64,000 nt of DNA from Ancylonema sp. Taxonomy: Eukaryota. Below the pieces are notes generated by a model. It was not told where the DNA came from, searched no databases, and saw only the letters and a program-made list of their open reading frames with translations. Location: the NCBI GenBank assembly GCA_050230475.1, contig JBFLGF010000001.1, forward strand, positions 62,001-126,000. The letters are read 5' to 3'. Both the position numbers and the translations under genes were made by a program. Below, one piece after another: positions 14,650 to 27,946 of the stretch; position 1 is the stretch's first letter; each line of letters begins with the position of its first letter.

Positions 14650-14854
14650 GCTGAGCTGGCAGGGGGGGGGTGGTGAGGCAATGGCTGAGCTGACGGGCAC
14701 CGTTTCGTTTACCAGCGCACCCGTATTTTCATTGTTCTGATTACTAGTTCGAGACTAGCTTTCATAGTGAGTTGAACACAAAAGCGACGTCATTCCTGGG
14801 ATAAACTAATCGTAGATACAAAATTTTATATCCTTCCATCATGATTGTTTTAAA

Positions 14855-15209
14855 CATAGTTGCACGGACCGGCCGATCGGGGTTCCGAGGTACCAATTCT
14901 GGATCGAAGTCCATCCTTCTAGGCCAAAATGCCGGACCGGCGGTAGTAGGATACTCTCGGCTTTTCTTTCGAGATTTTGGAAGGTTGTCCATGGAGAAAA
15001 AAAACCGGAAACAAACTATTTTGGCTTGTGCAATGTGCGGAATGTAAGAAAAATGTACACCTTCAACATTCTATGACATGTCCATTTCCCCCCACAAATT
15101 GCCGGGGAATTTTTGAGCCCTAAAGGATCCCCACTCCAAACGGGTCCCGACTCCGGAGCCGGTATGTGCGGTGTCCGAGATGTCATTCGCACCGGTCCGT
15201 GCGACTATG
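14855..15209. mobile_element. hAT-type MITE
   Basis: TIR catagttgcacggaccgg / ccggtccgtgcgactatg; 8-bp TSD gttttaaa / gttttgaa. Confidence 0.8.
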
Positions 15210-15967
15210 GTTTTGAATATCATGAGAGTCAATAAGAGCGATATTGAGTCGATAATGATTTGACATGCGTACCCAAAAAAAATTCACGTCTTTGAGATTT
15301 CATCATGTAGTATACCCTCGTACCCGAATCTCAAATTCCGGATCGAAACCGGATCGGGTTAGATCCGGAACTGCGCCTAATCACAGAGGTCCCAATCGGA
15401 TTGGGCACCACAATGTCATGAAGTTATGAAATCATGAAGGAATTTGTTGTCAGTTCTTGCGTGGCTGTAGGTAAGCGAGTAGTATGAGTAAAAGCGAATC
15501 AAATTCAAAAGGTACCCTCGAAATTGTAGTTGTCGACAATTGATGTCACGTTGTTCACGTAACCGACATTCTATTTTAGTAAGATGCAATCTATCGAAGG
15601 CATCAACTCGAGGGACTGCTGTATGCCTCTGACGTGTGCGGAGGACCTCTTTTGTACCAAATCACTTCCAAACTTATGCACTAAAATTGGATATCATCGG
15701 AATACACTCGGAATGTGTGCGATCAAGATCCATATATGTACACCAAAGAATAATACTCGAAGGAAACAAAAAACCTACACAAGAAATCATTACCCGTAAA
15801 AAATATAAGGCTTTGAGCAGAAGCCTTATCAAAAGGCACGACGTTGATGCCACATCACATTATACCGAAGGTGGCCCGGGCACATGTATGCTACTGCAAG
15901 ATACACAAATCTACTTGTAACATTGACTGTGTACAATGGTGAGGAAGAGTGCAGGGTTGGAGGAGGT

Positions 15968-16065
15968 GGAAGTGGACATCAGAGAGATTCCCATTTGAAT
16001 GTTCGTCCGCACACCCCACAAGGAGGTCGGATGTCCCTATTCTTGTCACATCATTTGCGCACTTC
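15968..16065 (-). ncRNA. Box C/D snoRNA with two LSU rRNA guides (copy 1)
   Basis: - strand: gaagtg..cacttc terminal stem, C-like box AATGATG, D' box CCGA preceded by ATAGGGACA-T, D box CTGA preceded by TGGGAATCTC-T; guides complement conserved LSU GAGAUUCCCACUGUCCCUAU. Confidence 0.85.
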
Positions 16066-16133
16066 CATCTCCTCCTTCCTCCACCCAATCCCTATCCAGA
16101 ATCCTATTCAGAATCTCTATCCAAAGCACTCGG

Positions 16134-17292
16134 CTAGGTTTGCCTAGCTTTCTTTTTAGGCCCTTGGTTTTGGGGGCAGTCATAAGATTTATGACCCTCC
16201 TCCCCGCAAACGAAACATCCCTTCCCTTTGCTTTTATTCTTCGCATCAACATCACGCTTCTCATTAACCCCCTCCGCATGACTACCGCCCCCGCCCCCGC
16301 CACCCCCTTGGTTCCAAGTAGATGGTTGGGGTGGGGGTACCCCTTCCCTAACCACCGCATACGACACTTTCATGGGCCGCCCGAGACATCGAACTTGGTC
16401 CATACTCACGGCAGTCTCTAGCGACTGCTCGTCCTCGAAATCCACGTGCCCGAAACCCTTGAACTCGCCTGTGACCTTGTCTTCCACGAACCGCACGGCT
16501 TTCACGCTGCAGTATTTGAAAAAGTCTCTCACGCTCGCCTCGTCGATGTCCCATGAAAGGTTTCCGATGTACACTGTGAGACAGCCCGGGGTTTTTGGGG
16601 GGGGGGCGGCGAAGACGGGTTTCGGTGCGGTGGCTGCGTCCTTTTCGGCCTTCTTCTTACAGGGTTGTATCTTCAGCCATCTCCCGCCCCTGCTTGGTAA
16701 GAGATAGCGAAAAATGGGAAGCTTTGTGAGCAAACAATCGGGGTAAAGTTGGTGAGGTCACCATTGATGGTATTCAGAGATTGAGGTAGGGACGACTCTA
16801 TAGATTAGAAACTAAGAAAATACATTGACACAAATCGAAACAACTTAAGTGAAGTGATTTGTATGCTTCCCCCCCCCCTTTTTTCAACAAATAGAGTATT
16901 GTCGTGTTTTTCTCTGTACTAAAAAAAATGGAATATGATAATAATATGAGAAAAAAACAATAAAAAGGAAAAAACGAAATGAAAAAAAAAAGAGGGTGGA
17001 CAGGGTCACCAAGACTTACATATCTGTTCCGTCGTAGGAGAGGGCTTTCTTGGCAGCCGTCGCTGTCTGCACCACCCACGGCAAACAACTTTCAGAAGAG
17101 TGAAGTGACTGAACATGCGACAGGAAGAAGAGATACAATGAAATGGACAGCACCAAAATTGGGAATGAGATCGCGGAAATGAGCTGCATACCAAAGTGTG
17201 GATGGTGATCAACTGTATCCCATTCGCATCATGACAGTCAAACTTATACCAGCTGTTCCTCCCCGACACTGATCAGTTCATTCATTACATTA

Positions 17293-17327
<35 letters not shown>

Positions 17328-18575
17328 GGGGGGGGGGGGGGGAAAGGGGGGGGAGAGATAGGAAGCTGTTTGAAGTGGACATCCACTGTTTGCAGTCCCT
17401 CATGCCACTGCTTCTGTCACATCATATCATTGATGAGCCTGGTAACTTCATTCTCACTATTCTCAATATATCCTCATACATGAGGGTGGCTCAAGTACAT
17501 AAAGACGTTCTTCTTCTGGTCATTGCCTACAGCAAGGAAGTAAACGATTGATGAGGAGTTTGCAGGAGTCCAGTTTGAAGTGGAAGTGCACATCAGAGAG
17601 ATTCCCATTCGACTGTTCGTCCGCACACCCCACAAGGAGGTCGGATGTCCCTATTCTTGTCACATCATTTGTGCACTTCTCACATGTATCGCTGTTTGTA
17701 TCCACCAATCTCTTGACTCAAGGGCATAAACACATTCTGGTCTACATTTCATATGCGTAATGTCACGTGGACCGGGAGCCCAGAGTGGACATATGGAGTG
17801 TATATTAACAGGACAGACGATGTGCGATGAATTTGAGCCGACCCGAAAAAAAAAACCGACGAATAAAGAAGCAGCATGTAATAACAGGCCGCTCGCTGTC
17901 ATAAGATTGGCAAAGATCCACTTTAGATATCGTAAACAGAAACTATTCATCCATACTGCCTTAGAAAAATCTGACATTAAAAGGTACCGCGGTGCACCGA
18001 TGAGATGAAAAATGACGCACATATCGGAGAAGATGATTCCTGAGTCTCCTGCATTTTCACCTTGAATGCGATGAACGCCAGCCCTTTAAACCTCCCCGTG
18101 TCGGGAAAGGTGGCCATGTCGATATCAGCAATGGCTCCGCAGTCCGCAAACAGTGCGTGGATGTCATCTTCCGTCGTATCGTACGGCATGCCTCCCACAA
18201 AGATCTTCTTGGGATCATACTCACCCCTGCGGCACAAGAATTCCAATACTGCGTCATTCATTAGCTATTGTTTATAACAGCCAGTTCTGAGAGACGGAAA
18301 TACGATATATGTCAACCTCTGACTCGCCGGCACTGAACTCAACAAACAGATTTTAATAATTAAGAAGGAACAGCGGTGGGTGAAGAGAACTGTACTCACC
18401 CCTCATCTTTGACTGAGGCCTCTTGTTCGGTCGTCTCTACAGCTCTAGCGACGTACTGCATGTCTGACGAGCGGGAAACGCAATTATTCGAGTTCGAAGT
18501 TCCTGCCGGAATGCGTCCGGGTATTCTGAGGGGCCGCAGCTGCGCAAAAGGGCTGCGGCGTACGGAACCGTACAT
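16134..18575 (-). CDS. PHIP1/nucleolin-like RNA-binding protein (2 RRM + CCHC zinc knuckle); start codon uncertain (18575 or 18461)
   Basis: Exons ~18575-18400, 18226-18061, 17066-17020, 16689-16134 in phase; KIFVGGMPY / RFKGLAFIAF and VYIGNLSW / EFKGFGHVDF RNP motifs; CFVCGEEGHKSYDC. Confidence 0.85.
17577..17679 (-). ncRNA. Intronic box C/D snoRNA (copy 2)
   Basis: Near-identical to 15968-16065 with boxes and guides intact; longer terminal stem gaagtgcaca/tgtgcacttc; lies in an intron of the RRM gene. Confidence 0.88.
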
Positions 18576-18580
18576 GCTAG

Positions 18581-18589
18581 TTAGGGTTT
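18581..18589 (-). promoter_or_regulatory. Telo-box (AAACCCTAA) at the 5' end of the RRM gene
   Basis: ttagggttt on + strand; telo-boxes are typical of plant ribosome-biogenesis genes; a short motif that could occur by chance. Confidence 0.4.
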
Positions 18590-18899
18590 TGCATACTGTG
18601 CGGGGAGCCCGAAGCCCAATGAGCCCGGAGCCCACAAGATAAAGGCTCATTAAGCCCGGAGCCCAAAGGGCTAAATGTCGGAGCCCATGTCGGAGCGTAA
18701 GATTTGGGCTCGGAGCCCAGAATCCATAAATTTATGAAAAAAACGGGAAAGCGAACGGATTCTACGGCCCGATGTAATTGCCAACAAAAAAATCTTAAAC
18801 TCCAGCCGCCATCGATCGTCACCCGCGAAAACCTGTACTTGAATCCTACTATCCAGAAGAGACGCATTGTATTAAAGCACGATGGGAACCCCATCTGAG

Positions 18900-19800
18900 T
18901 ACAACACCAACGTTATCGTACCAACCTAACGGAACAGAAGGAAAACAACCCCAACCCTAAAACAACAACCGAGCAACAATCCTTAACTCTGCCGACGACA
19001 ATAACACCCGCAGAGGGGGGGGAGGTAACATAGCCATACCCTCTTCCAATCGCAACGTCCTAGCATGGATTGCATGTGCTAGAGAACGTTGTAAAGCAAT
19101 AGAAACTCTCTGCCGAAACCAAGTAACTAATAACAAACTACTAACATTCCGCCCCGATCGCCCATTCAGTTGCGCCGCACGGTGAGCACAATCCACCAAT
19201 AACCGATTGCTTGCATCGGAAAGCGCACCGTACGTCTCTAACGCCAACGGGATAAACTTGGTCCCTGCCGCGCGATCACGATAGTGAGTGTCTTTGCGCC
19301 GTTCTGCATCTTCCGCGGCCACCAACCCTCGACAAGCCGCGTGATCCACCAAGTCACGCCGCGTGGGGTCAGCAATGACACCACATCCACCAAAGCCCCT
19401 CCACCAAATCCGAAATATCACAATATCCACTCGCCCCTCACGACCGCCCGGAGCGGAGGACGGAAGAAACCCCGTACGTTCACATTGAACATGCTGACCC
19501 GACTCGCGGAGGATGTGATGTACGGAATCTCGCACCGAGTCATGAGATGAAGTGCGCTCCACCCCTCGACTGCAGCGCATAAGATGCGTACCCAGGGCGT
19601 CCATAGAGTTGCCGCACGTGCACGTATCATAGGTAGCAAGGCAAGGGTGGGGAAACCCGAGGCGCACGCGCACGGCAGTAAGGAATAGGGGAGGGGGGAT
19701 ACGAAGGGAGGGAATGATGGGGGACGCCCGGGTCCACTGGCGGACCGAAGCCTCGCCCTGGATGTCGCGAGATCGGTGCTTAGAAAGTTCTTCACCAATC
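18900..19800 (-). mobile_element. 5'-truncated non-LTR retrotransposon (CRE-like) encoding Zn finger + restriction-like endonuclease
   Basis: ORF 19673-18957: CTCG..HLMRC, HDSVRD, RVDIV, AERRKDTHY, FIPLALETYG, QRVSIALQR. Confidence 0.75.
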
Positions 19801-20544
19801 TAAGTTTCGTACGTGTGCCTCCATATGTGAGCACTTAGCTTAGTGAAGACAAACTTGTGCAGTTACCGGCAAGGACGACTTGAACCATTATTAGGGTAGT
19901 GATGTAGGTATGACATTGCAAACATTTGCCCTTCAACTAACCGCTTTGTAAAAATGCTCGTGGCCACTATTGCATGATGTGATATCTTCCGAAGGACATG
20001 GCGGTGATATTGATAATGAATACACGTGTGAATGATGGACACGACAACAATTCCATTATGTTCAACATTTATAATGATAGTGTGCGTTATGTTTGTCAAC
20101 AATGTGAATATGGTGGACGTAAACATCCGCAAAATTAAGGATGAAAGGTGGACTCATACATAATATATTTATGAATTTAGCAAAAAAAATAGTACACCAC
20201 CGAAAAATTATTTCATAAATAATTACTTCACTAACGATCTTTACATGAAGCGATCGCATTTCACTTATAACAAAGTTACCGTACTCGGCACCGTAAATGA
20301 TTTTTAATTAATTATTGAAACCCGAAAGTAATCATTTATATTAATACCTACGAGGTCCGAATCATCAACCACAGATCATTGATATTAATACCACTTTTAA
20401 ATTTGTTTTGAATTTTATATGGAGGCTTCAAGAAATCATAGCTAAAAATCATCAATAATAACTACTGGTTTCCCGGAATCTTTTTTACAAATCATTAACG
20501 AATTAATTCGTTTTGAAAAAACAGAAATCATTTACGGTGCCCAG

Positions 20545-23500
20545 TGTTAGAATATTTTGGATAGCCATATGTTATGCTTGCTAGTCCAATTGTAACCGGT
20601 TACTCTAACCGGGAGCAATATTCTATATGTGCCTGTATGCGGGGCCGGGCAAGTCTGTGCCCGGTCACCTGACATGTTTCCGACGCTTAGAGACGTTATT
20701 TGTTTGACGCGTCGCGATTGGTTTGTTTGGTCGTGTCAGAAATGTCCGGCATGTGCCGTTGACATGTAGAAGAGCTGTCAGTCAATGATAGGCCGACGGT
20801 CAATTGTGCCGACCGTCGGCACGCAACAATCTGTAAAGCGCATCGGGTATTACCATCCCCGATGCAATCACACTAATAATTCGTTCCACACACGCAACTC
20901 CTGTCTCGTTGATCATCTCAGTTGAGTGATAGAGATCCTTTTGGTTCGTTTTGTCGCCCACCTAATTATACCGGCACGTCTAATCACTCAAAAGCTTATA
21001 GGTTATGGGCCCACGTGCGGTCTAGTTCAGACGCCGTGTTGGTTAAAAACTAAAGGCTCCACGCGATTTCGCTGCGGTAATCTCTGTGAACGGTATATTC
21101 TGCCAGTGAGCGCAAATATATTCGTAGTTGTTAAGTGCTGCACGTAATTTTGACATTGCGCTGCAAGTTTTCGAGCTGAGTGCTGTAGTGCAGGAATTGC
21201 ACTGAGAACTCGAGCTGAGCGAGAAATTTTGTGAAATCCTAAACAATAGCTGCCACAATGTCGGATAGGTCGCAAATCCCTCAGTTTACTAGAGCTGATT
21301 ATACAGGAGTATGGGCTGGCGGACAAGAAACTGCATCGTTTGGTGAGGGATTGGGACAGCTTGCCGCGAAAGTGTCGCCCAGACGTGATCCTTCCATTGA
21401 CACCTAACAACGAGCTGCAATTTGCCGCCAGGGGGATCGACGTGGATGTCGAAATATTGGTCAGACAGCAGCAGATGTCCCAGCAGCTGCTGGAGCTGGA
21501 AAAATGGGATGAAGACAATTTGGCTGCTTATGTCATCCATTGTGAAGCACCTAGGTCCTTCGGAGCTGACGCACGTCACGGACTGCACGACAGCTGCCGG
21601 AGAATGTGGGATGCCCTGAGGACATTCTCAGGTGCAGGGTGCGATCGAGATCGCAAATACGGAAGCACTGCTGAGCGCGATCATACAGACAGAGGCGGAG
21701 GACCTCAACGTATACGTCAAGCGTCTGCAGCAGCTGCACCAGGACCTGAAGAATCTGGGGGCGCCAGTATCTCCGACGAAGCAGGCGATCAACCTGCTGA
21801 ACTCTTTAAACACGCATTACAGCCCAATGGTCTCAACGCTGATGCCGTGGTCCGAGTCGTCACCACACCTCTTCACGATTCCCCACATCGCGAGTGCGCT
21901 CTGCGCGAACGACGTGAGGAAGGAGCTGAATGAGCGTAAAAGGGGGGCGCTGCCAGGAGGTCACCAAGCGCATTATGGTGGACCTGGGGGGGGGAAACGG
22001 AGCTGGAGGTAGCAGCAGATCTGGTGGTGCGAATAACTGGAGCTGGTCGCAGAGACGCTGCAGGCCGTCGAATGCTTCGGCTGCCACAAATTCGGCCACC
22101 TCATTCAGAGCAAACTGCCTCACCAGCTCCTGGCGGAGGCCATGCGGGAGCTTGGAAATGTCATAGGTGGCCACCAGGCAGGCCACCGAGCTGCTCAGTG
22201 GCGACCTCGCCAGCAGCTGGAAATGTTGCGCACGCTACTCAGGGAAGTTCAAGGGGGAGGCAGAAGTGCAGATATTGCAACATTGTAGGGCATACGATTG
22301 AACATTGTAGAAAACGCACGTCTGATATGGCTCTAATAAACCCAGAAGCTGCTCGAAGGGCTGATGCACAAGCTAGACTTGCACGCTTTGCTGACAAACC
22401 CTTCGACGCCAATGTGGATTAAGCTTTCGGTGCTTTCTCGTTCGATGTTGCTCGAGCATTGTCTGCTGGTTCTCACACAGACTATCCTGTATTCAGGTGC
22501 TACCGACCACATATCATTTTCACGGAACGTGAACATTTTGTGGAGTACACACCTACCCTGAGCACGCAGAAGGCCTACATCACCACTGCCGACGGCTCGT
22601 CACACAAGGTGGAGGGCACTGGTTTCGTGCACATCCGAGTGAGGACATGGCGACGCTTTTTTTGTGCAGCCACTCAGCTCGATCCACGTCCCAACCTTTG
22701 CCTGCACCCTCGTGTCGACATCGTGCCTCGTCAAAAGAGGTGGGCTGAGCTTTCTACAGCTGCCCACGGGTCCACAATTAAAAAAGGGAAATGTGAAATG
22801 GGCTGATGTGCTGCAGCAGCCTAGTGGTCTGACTTGCTTGCTGCCACAATCGTCATGCCTGGATCTCATGATCAACAGCAAATTTGTCCACAGGCATGGT
22901 CTTGCATCACAAACTGGGTCACCCCAGTTCTGATGTGATGTCAGATTTTGTCAGACGTGGTGACATCCCAGAGTTAAGTCAGGGAGAATTAACTAAAGTA
23001 AAGGGATGTCACGTTTGTTGTCAGGGGAAGATGATTCAGCTCAGTCATGCTAAGGTCAGTGAAGATCTGGGGACATGCCCCAAGATGGGTCGCATCCACC
23101 TGGATCTCATTGGACCACTGTCTGTCAGGTCTGCTAACGGAGGATTTACATATGCTCAGAAAGGGATTGAGGTATCCACACGTCTGTCATTTGTCAGCTT
23201 GCTAAAAACAAAGGATGAAGCACTGAACCGAGCAAAAGTCACTATACAATTGCTCGAGGTCCAGTCAGGGTTGCCCCTACAGTCTATACGGACAGACAAG
23301 GGTGGGGAGTATGTGTCTCAGGACTGGATAAACTACTGTGGGGGGAAGGGTATTGACAAGCAAACCACAGAAGCATATAGTCTTGAACAAAACGGAATCT
23401 GTGAAAGAGAATAGAACATTGACAGAAAAAATGCTGCATATTAATCTGGTCAGGTCTACCGAAGTCGTATTGGGATGTGCATTGTTACATGCAAATCTGG

Positions 23501-26500
23501 TTACGGAACAGAACTCCCACTAAGTCGCTTGCTGGCAGAATCCCAATTGAAGTCTGGGAGGGAAAGAACATGAAAATGAACAAAAGTCATAATTTTGGGT
23601 GTCTGGTCCAATACTTGAAGGTTGGGGGGGGAAAGAACAGTCAAGGGGACAAGTTTGCCCCTCACACTTGCTTTGGTGTGTTTCTGGGGATGGCTGCGGG
23701 GAGTGCAGGCTACAACGTCTTCGACCCCCATAGGGTGGGGGTGATATCACGCATGGACGTGCGGTTCTTCGAGGAGGTGCCGGGGTACCCGAAGCTCATG
23801 GGGGGGAGAGCTCCCAGGTTCAGGCGGCAGCAGAAAAACATTTTTTCTACCTTTTCCCCGACCCCGAAGATGAACCAGCAGCAGCAGTTGTGCCAGCAGC
23901 AGCAGTCCACCCCAACATGCCAGCAGCAGCAGTCCACCCAATCATGCCAGCAGTTCTGCAACCGATGCCAGCAGTTCTGCAGCCAATCCCAGCACCAGCA
24001 GAACCAGCAGTCCCTGAGCCAGCAGCTGCCATCGACTATCCGCACGACAACTTCCAGCCACAAGCTGCTGAGGTCCCTAACGCCACGATTGTGTCCGCTG
24101 ACAGCCAATCAGGGATCAACAACGCAGGAGGTCGAGATGCAGGGGAGGAGGAGGTGCAAGGAGGGGGTGCGAACCCAGGAGTGGGGGAGCCAGGCAGCGT
24201 AGCTGATCGGGTGATGGCCAGAAGGCGAGCCAACTTTGCCGAGTATGGGGATCTCATGTGATGTGGGGAGGAGTTCGATGACGCAGCTGCAGCACACCTA
24301 CTCAGCGACTGAGTGGGAGCCCAGCTGCTTCTACACTGGCTTCAACGGTCCTGTGGATCCTGGCTACGCATGCGTAGCATCCAACAGCAACTCCTCCGAG
24401 CCACTGACCCTCAACCATGCGATGATGAGGCCAGACTGGGACCAGTGGGACAGGGCCATTGTGGAAGAGCAAGAGCTCGCTGCTGCCCTGGAGACGTTTA
24501 ACACCTTTGAGGTGTGTGTGCTTCCTCCAGGTAAAAAGGGTGCAGATATGTTTTTAAGGTCAAAACAACACCACAGGGGGATATAGAAAGATATAAAGTC
24601 AGACTGGTCGCACAGGGATTCTTACAGCAAGAGGGTATTGACTATAATGAAGTATTTGCACCAGGCACCAGTAATCGACAGTACATCTATCACCCTTCTA
24701 TAGCCAACCAATATGACTGGGAACTAGAACAGATGGACGTAATCACAGCGTTCCTGCATGGACGTCTGGAAGAAGAAGTTTACATGAAAATACCACCACG
24801 GATGCATATCAATGGGGGTGCTGAGGGAAAGGTCTTACGACTTAAGGGGGCTTTATACGGTCTAAAACAGAGTAGCCACGTGTGGCAAGAGATGTTCAAA
24901 AAGTTTATGATATCTAAAGGGTTTACACAATGCGTAATGGACACATGTATATATATGAGGGGGGAAGTTGACAACAAAATTATACTGGGCATACATGTAG
25001 ATGATCAGGTGATCACAGGTCCTAACGCAATGGTCGTCAAAACTTTTAAAGAAGATATGGGTAAAAAGTTCAAAGTTAAGGATCTGGGTCCCCTAACCCA
25101 TTTCCTGGGGGTGGAAGTGAAGAGGGATAGACAGAGAAGACTGCTCACACTGGGACAGTCAGGATTCTTAAGGGGAGTGCTTGAACGCTATGGGATGCAT
25201 GAGTGTAATCCAACCAAACTCCCCCTCGCCCCTGGAACTCAATTTACACAAAATGATGAACCAACTCTTTCCCCTACCCCTGAAGAAATAACAGACTTTC
25301 GAGGGAAAGTGGGATCTCTCATATATGCCATGAAACAAACCAGACTGGACATCGGGTATGCACTTGGGGTACTGGCTAAACACATGGGAAATCCTGGGGT
25401 CGCACATATAAGGGCGTTACATCAACTATTCAGATACTTGAAAGGGACTTCAACCACGGACTGACGTTTGTGGGTAAGGACATATTTGAAGTAAAGGGTT
25501 ACTGCGATGCATCATGGAACAGTTGCAGCATGACAGGCAAGTCAGTCACAGGATGGGTAACCACGGTTGGGGGGACAGCACTGAGTTGGAAGTCGCAGAA
25601 GCAGTCCATTGTTGCACAGAGCACTGCTGAGGCTTGAATATATTCGCTGCCTGTAGTGTATCTAAAGAGTGCTGTTATCTAAAGTCTCTCTAAGAACTCG
25701 AGTTTCCAAACCAAATCACAATCCACACTGACTCCACAGCTCTCTCCATGATCCAGAACCCTGTGCAACGACAGAAAGCAAAACACTTTAATGTGGTATA
25801 TCACTGGGTACGGGAATGCCACAGCACGGGGAGACTGGAGACTAAAATATGTGTATCTTGCAGGCGCCAATCAACCAGCGATATGATGCTAACCAAAGCT
25901 CTTCCTCTCTACCTCCAGTTTTACTGGACAGACACAGCAAAAGTCTAGGTTTTGGACGGTTATACTGACGGTCTTTTCTTTTATTTTTATGATCGAAGGT
26001 TTCGAATGCCATGCATGTTGGCAGGGTGTTGTTATGTTTCTTTTCAGGCAGACGTGATGGGGAGGGTACACCAACTTCAGCTCATCCAGCTAAGTCACAC
26101 TTTCACCCAAATACCTCGAAAAGACACCTGAAAACGCTGAAGTACACTTTGAATTCAGAAAGTGTGAATCTGCTCAACTTTAAACTTGTCAGTTTGTTCT
26201 GAATTTTCGTATGTATGTCTAAATCATTGTTGCAAAACTTGTGTCAAAAGTTGCCGATAGGACTTGTAATTTTGAAGTTATGCTGTTTTGAGATTTTTCT
26301 GACTGGAAAGTGTGAAGTTTTCAGAATCGTGAAGTGAAAAAGTTAAGAAATCAAAAATATTTTCATAAGTTTTTTGTTTTTCGCCTAACTTGTGGCATTT
26401 GTTTGTATGTGCAGGGCTTCGGCCCGAAAAACGACCTAAGGATCTGGAGCGATCGGACTTCTGGAGTTCCGATCGGCTTCCGATCGGTCTTCCGATCGTC

Positions 26501-27116
26501 CCGAACGGCTGCATTTATCGATAGAATCCCCTAGCACCGCTTGTATGCTAGGGAAGACCAAAACTGTTTTATATGTTATGCAATGGTTCTGCCATGATTT
26601 GGCAATGACTTGGGTACTTTTGTAGATGTCTGCATCTATGCCAACTTTAGCATGGCATCCGAGGGGATGTGTTAGAATATTTTGGATAGCCATATGTTAT
26701 GCGTGCTAGTCCAGTTGGACCGGTTACTCTAACCGGGAGCAATATTCTAGATGTGCCTGTATGCGGGGCCGGGCAAGTTTGTGCCCGGGCACCTGACTAG
26801 AGACGTTATAGAGTCGTTATTTGGTCGAAGCGTTGTGACTGGCTAGTTTAGTCGTGTCAGAAATGTCCGGCATGTGCCGTTGACATGTAGAAGAGCTGTC
26901 AGTCAATGATAGGTAGGCCGACGGTCAATTGTGCCGACCGTCGGCACGCAACAATCTGTAAAGCGCATCGGGTTATTACCATCCCCGATGCAATCACAAT
27001 TATAATTCGTTCCACACACGCAACTCTGTCTCGTTGATCATCAGTGAAGAGATCCTTTGCGTACGGTTCGTTTTGTCGCCCACCTAATTTTCCGGCACGT
27101 CTAATCACTCAAAAGC
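20545..27116 (+). mobile_element. Ty1/Copia LTR retrotransposon copy A (frameshifted)
   Basis: 5' LTR 20545-21000, PBS ggttatgggccca 21001-21013, gag with CCHC knuckles, protease, integrase (HHKLGH..CHVC, IHLDLIGP, IRTDKGGEY, QNGICER), RT (MDVITAFLHG, LYGLKQS, IHVDD), RNase H (YCDASW), PPT 26661-26669, 3' LTR 26670-27116 lacking its last 5 bp and the TSD. Confidence 0.95.
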
Positions 27117-27946
27117 GCTATCAGAGCTCAGATGATTAAAATAATATATTTCATACAACAACAATCACACTCAAACAATATTCAAGAAATACATATAACA
27201 CTCATATCCATAGTTGGGTGTTTGACGTGCGCTTGCGCACGCGTGCGGCACGCATGCACAAATCTTGCGCAAGAATTGCGCGCACCGTGCGCAAATCTTA
27301 CTACATGTTACCACCCACCGGTGGGGGAGGGGTACTTCTTACAACCGAGGGGAAATGCGAAATGTTTGCGAAATGTTTTCAAAATTGCGAAATGTTATTG
27401 GTAAACCGGTTAAAACGGTGGCAGTTTACTATTTAGGGCCTTATACGTTATATCGTACTACCTACAGTGTAAAATGGCCATAACCACTACTTTGCAAAAT
27501 TTTGAAATTTGGAATTCAAAATCCGATTCGTCCAAAATTCGACTACTGGATTTGTCCCGGTGCGGCACGCCTGCCGCACACGTGCGTTTGCGCTTGCGAC
27601 ACGCGTAAGCAAATCTTGCGCACAGTGCACGCCCAAAAGTATGCTCTCATCATTGTACATAGCGGATGTGTCCTCGCTATAATCTTTATGTCCTCGAATA
27701 AAAGTTTGTAATCCATGTTATTTTTTCTCCCTTTTTTCGTTTTTTTTTTTTTTTGGAAATTTGGGCTCCGAGCCGGGCTCCGGATCAGCTCCGAGCCCGG
27801 ATCTTGGGCTCCGGACTCAGACCCAATTAGCTCCGGGCCGCGATCTTGGGGTCGGCTCCGGCGGATCCCGGAGCCCAAAGGGTTTCGTTGGGCTCCCCGC
27901 ACACTAGTTTTGCAGCATAAACCGTACACAGTTGAAGGGCTGAATA

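Larger units (their letters stand above)
18594..27906. mobile_element. hAT-type element shell inflated to 9.3 kb by nested insertions
   Basis: TIR tactgtgcggggagccc / gggctccccgcacacta; perfect 8-bp TSD gttttgca (18586-18593, 27907-27914); gagccc subterminal repeats at both ends. Confidence 0.88.

Noticed and set aside
17180..17295. Additional C/D snoRNA candidate in the RRM intron
   Set aside because: Box-like words present, but no terminal stem or convincing rRNA complement next to a D box
23870..24060. Gln-rich / PAAAV repeat ORFs
   Set aside because: Low-complexity linker between Copia integrase and RT, also present in copy B
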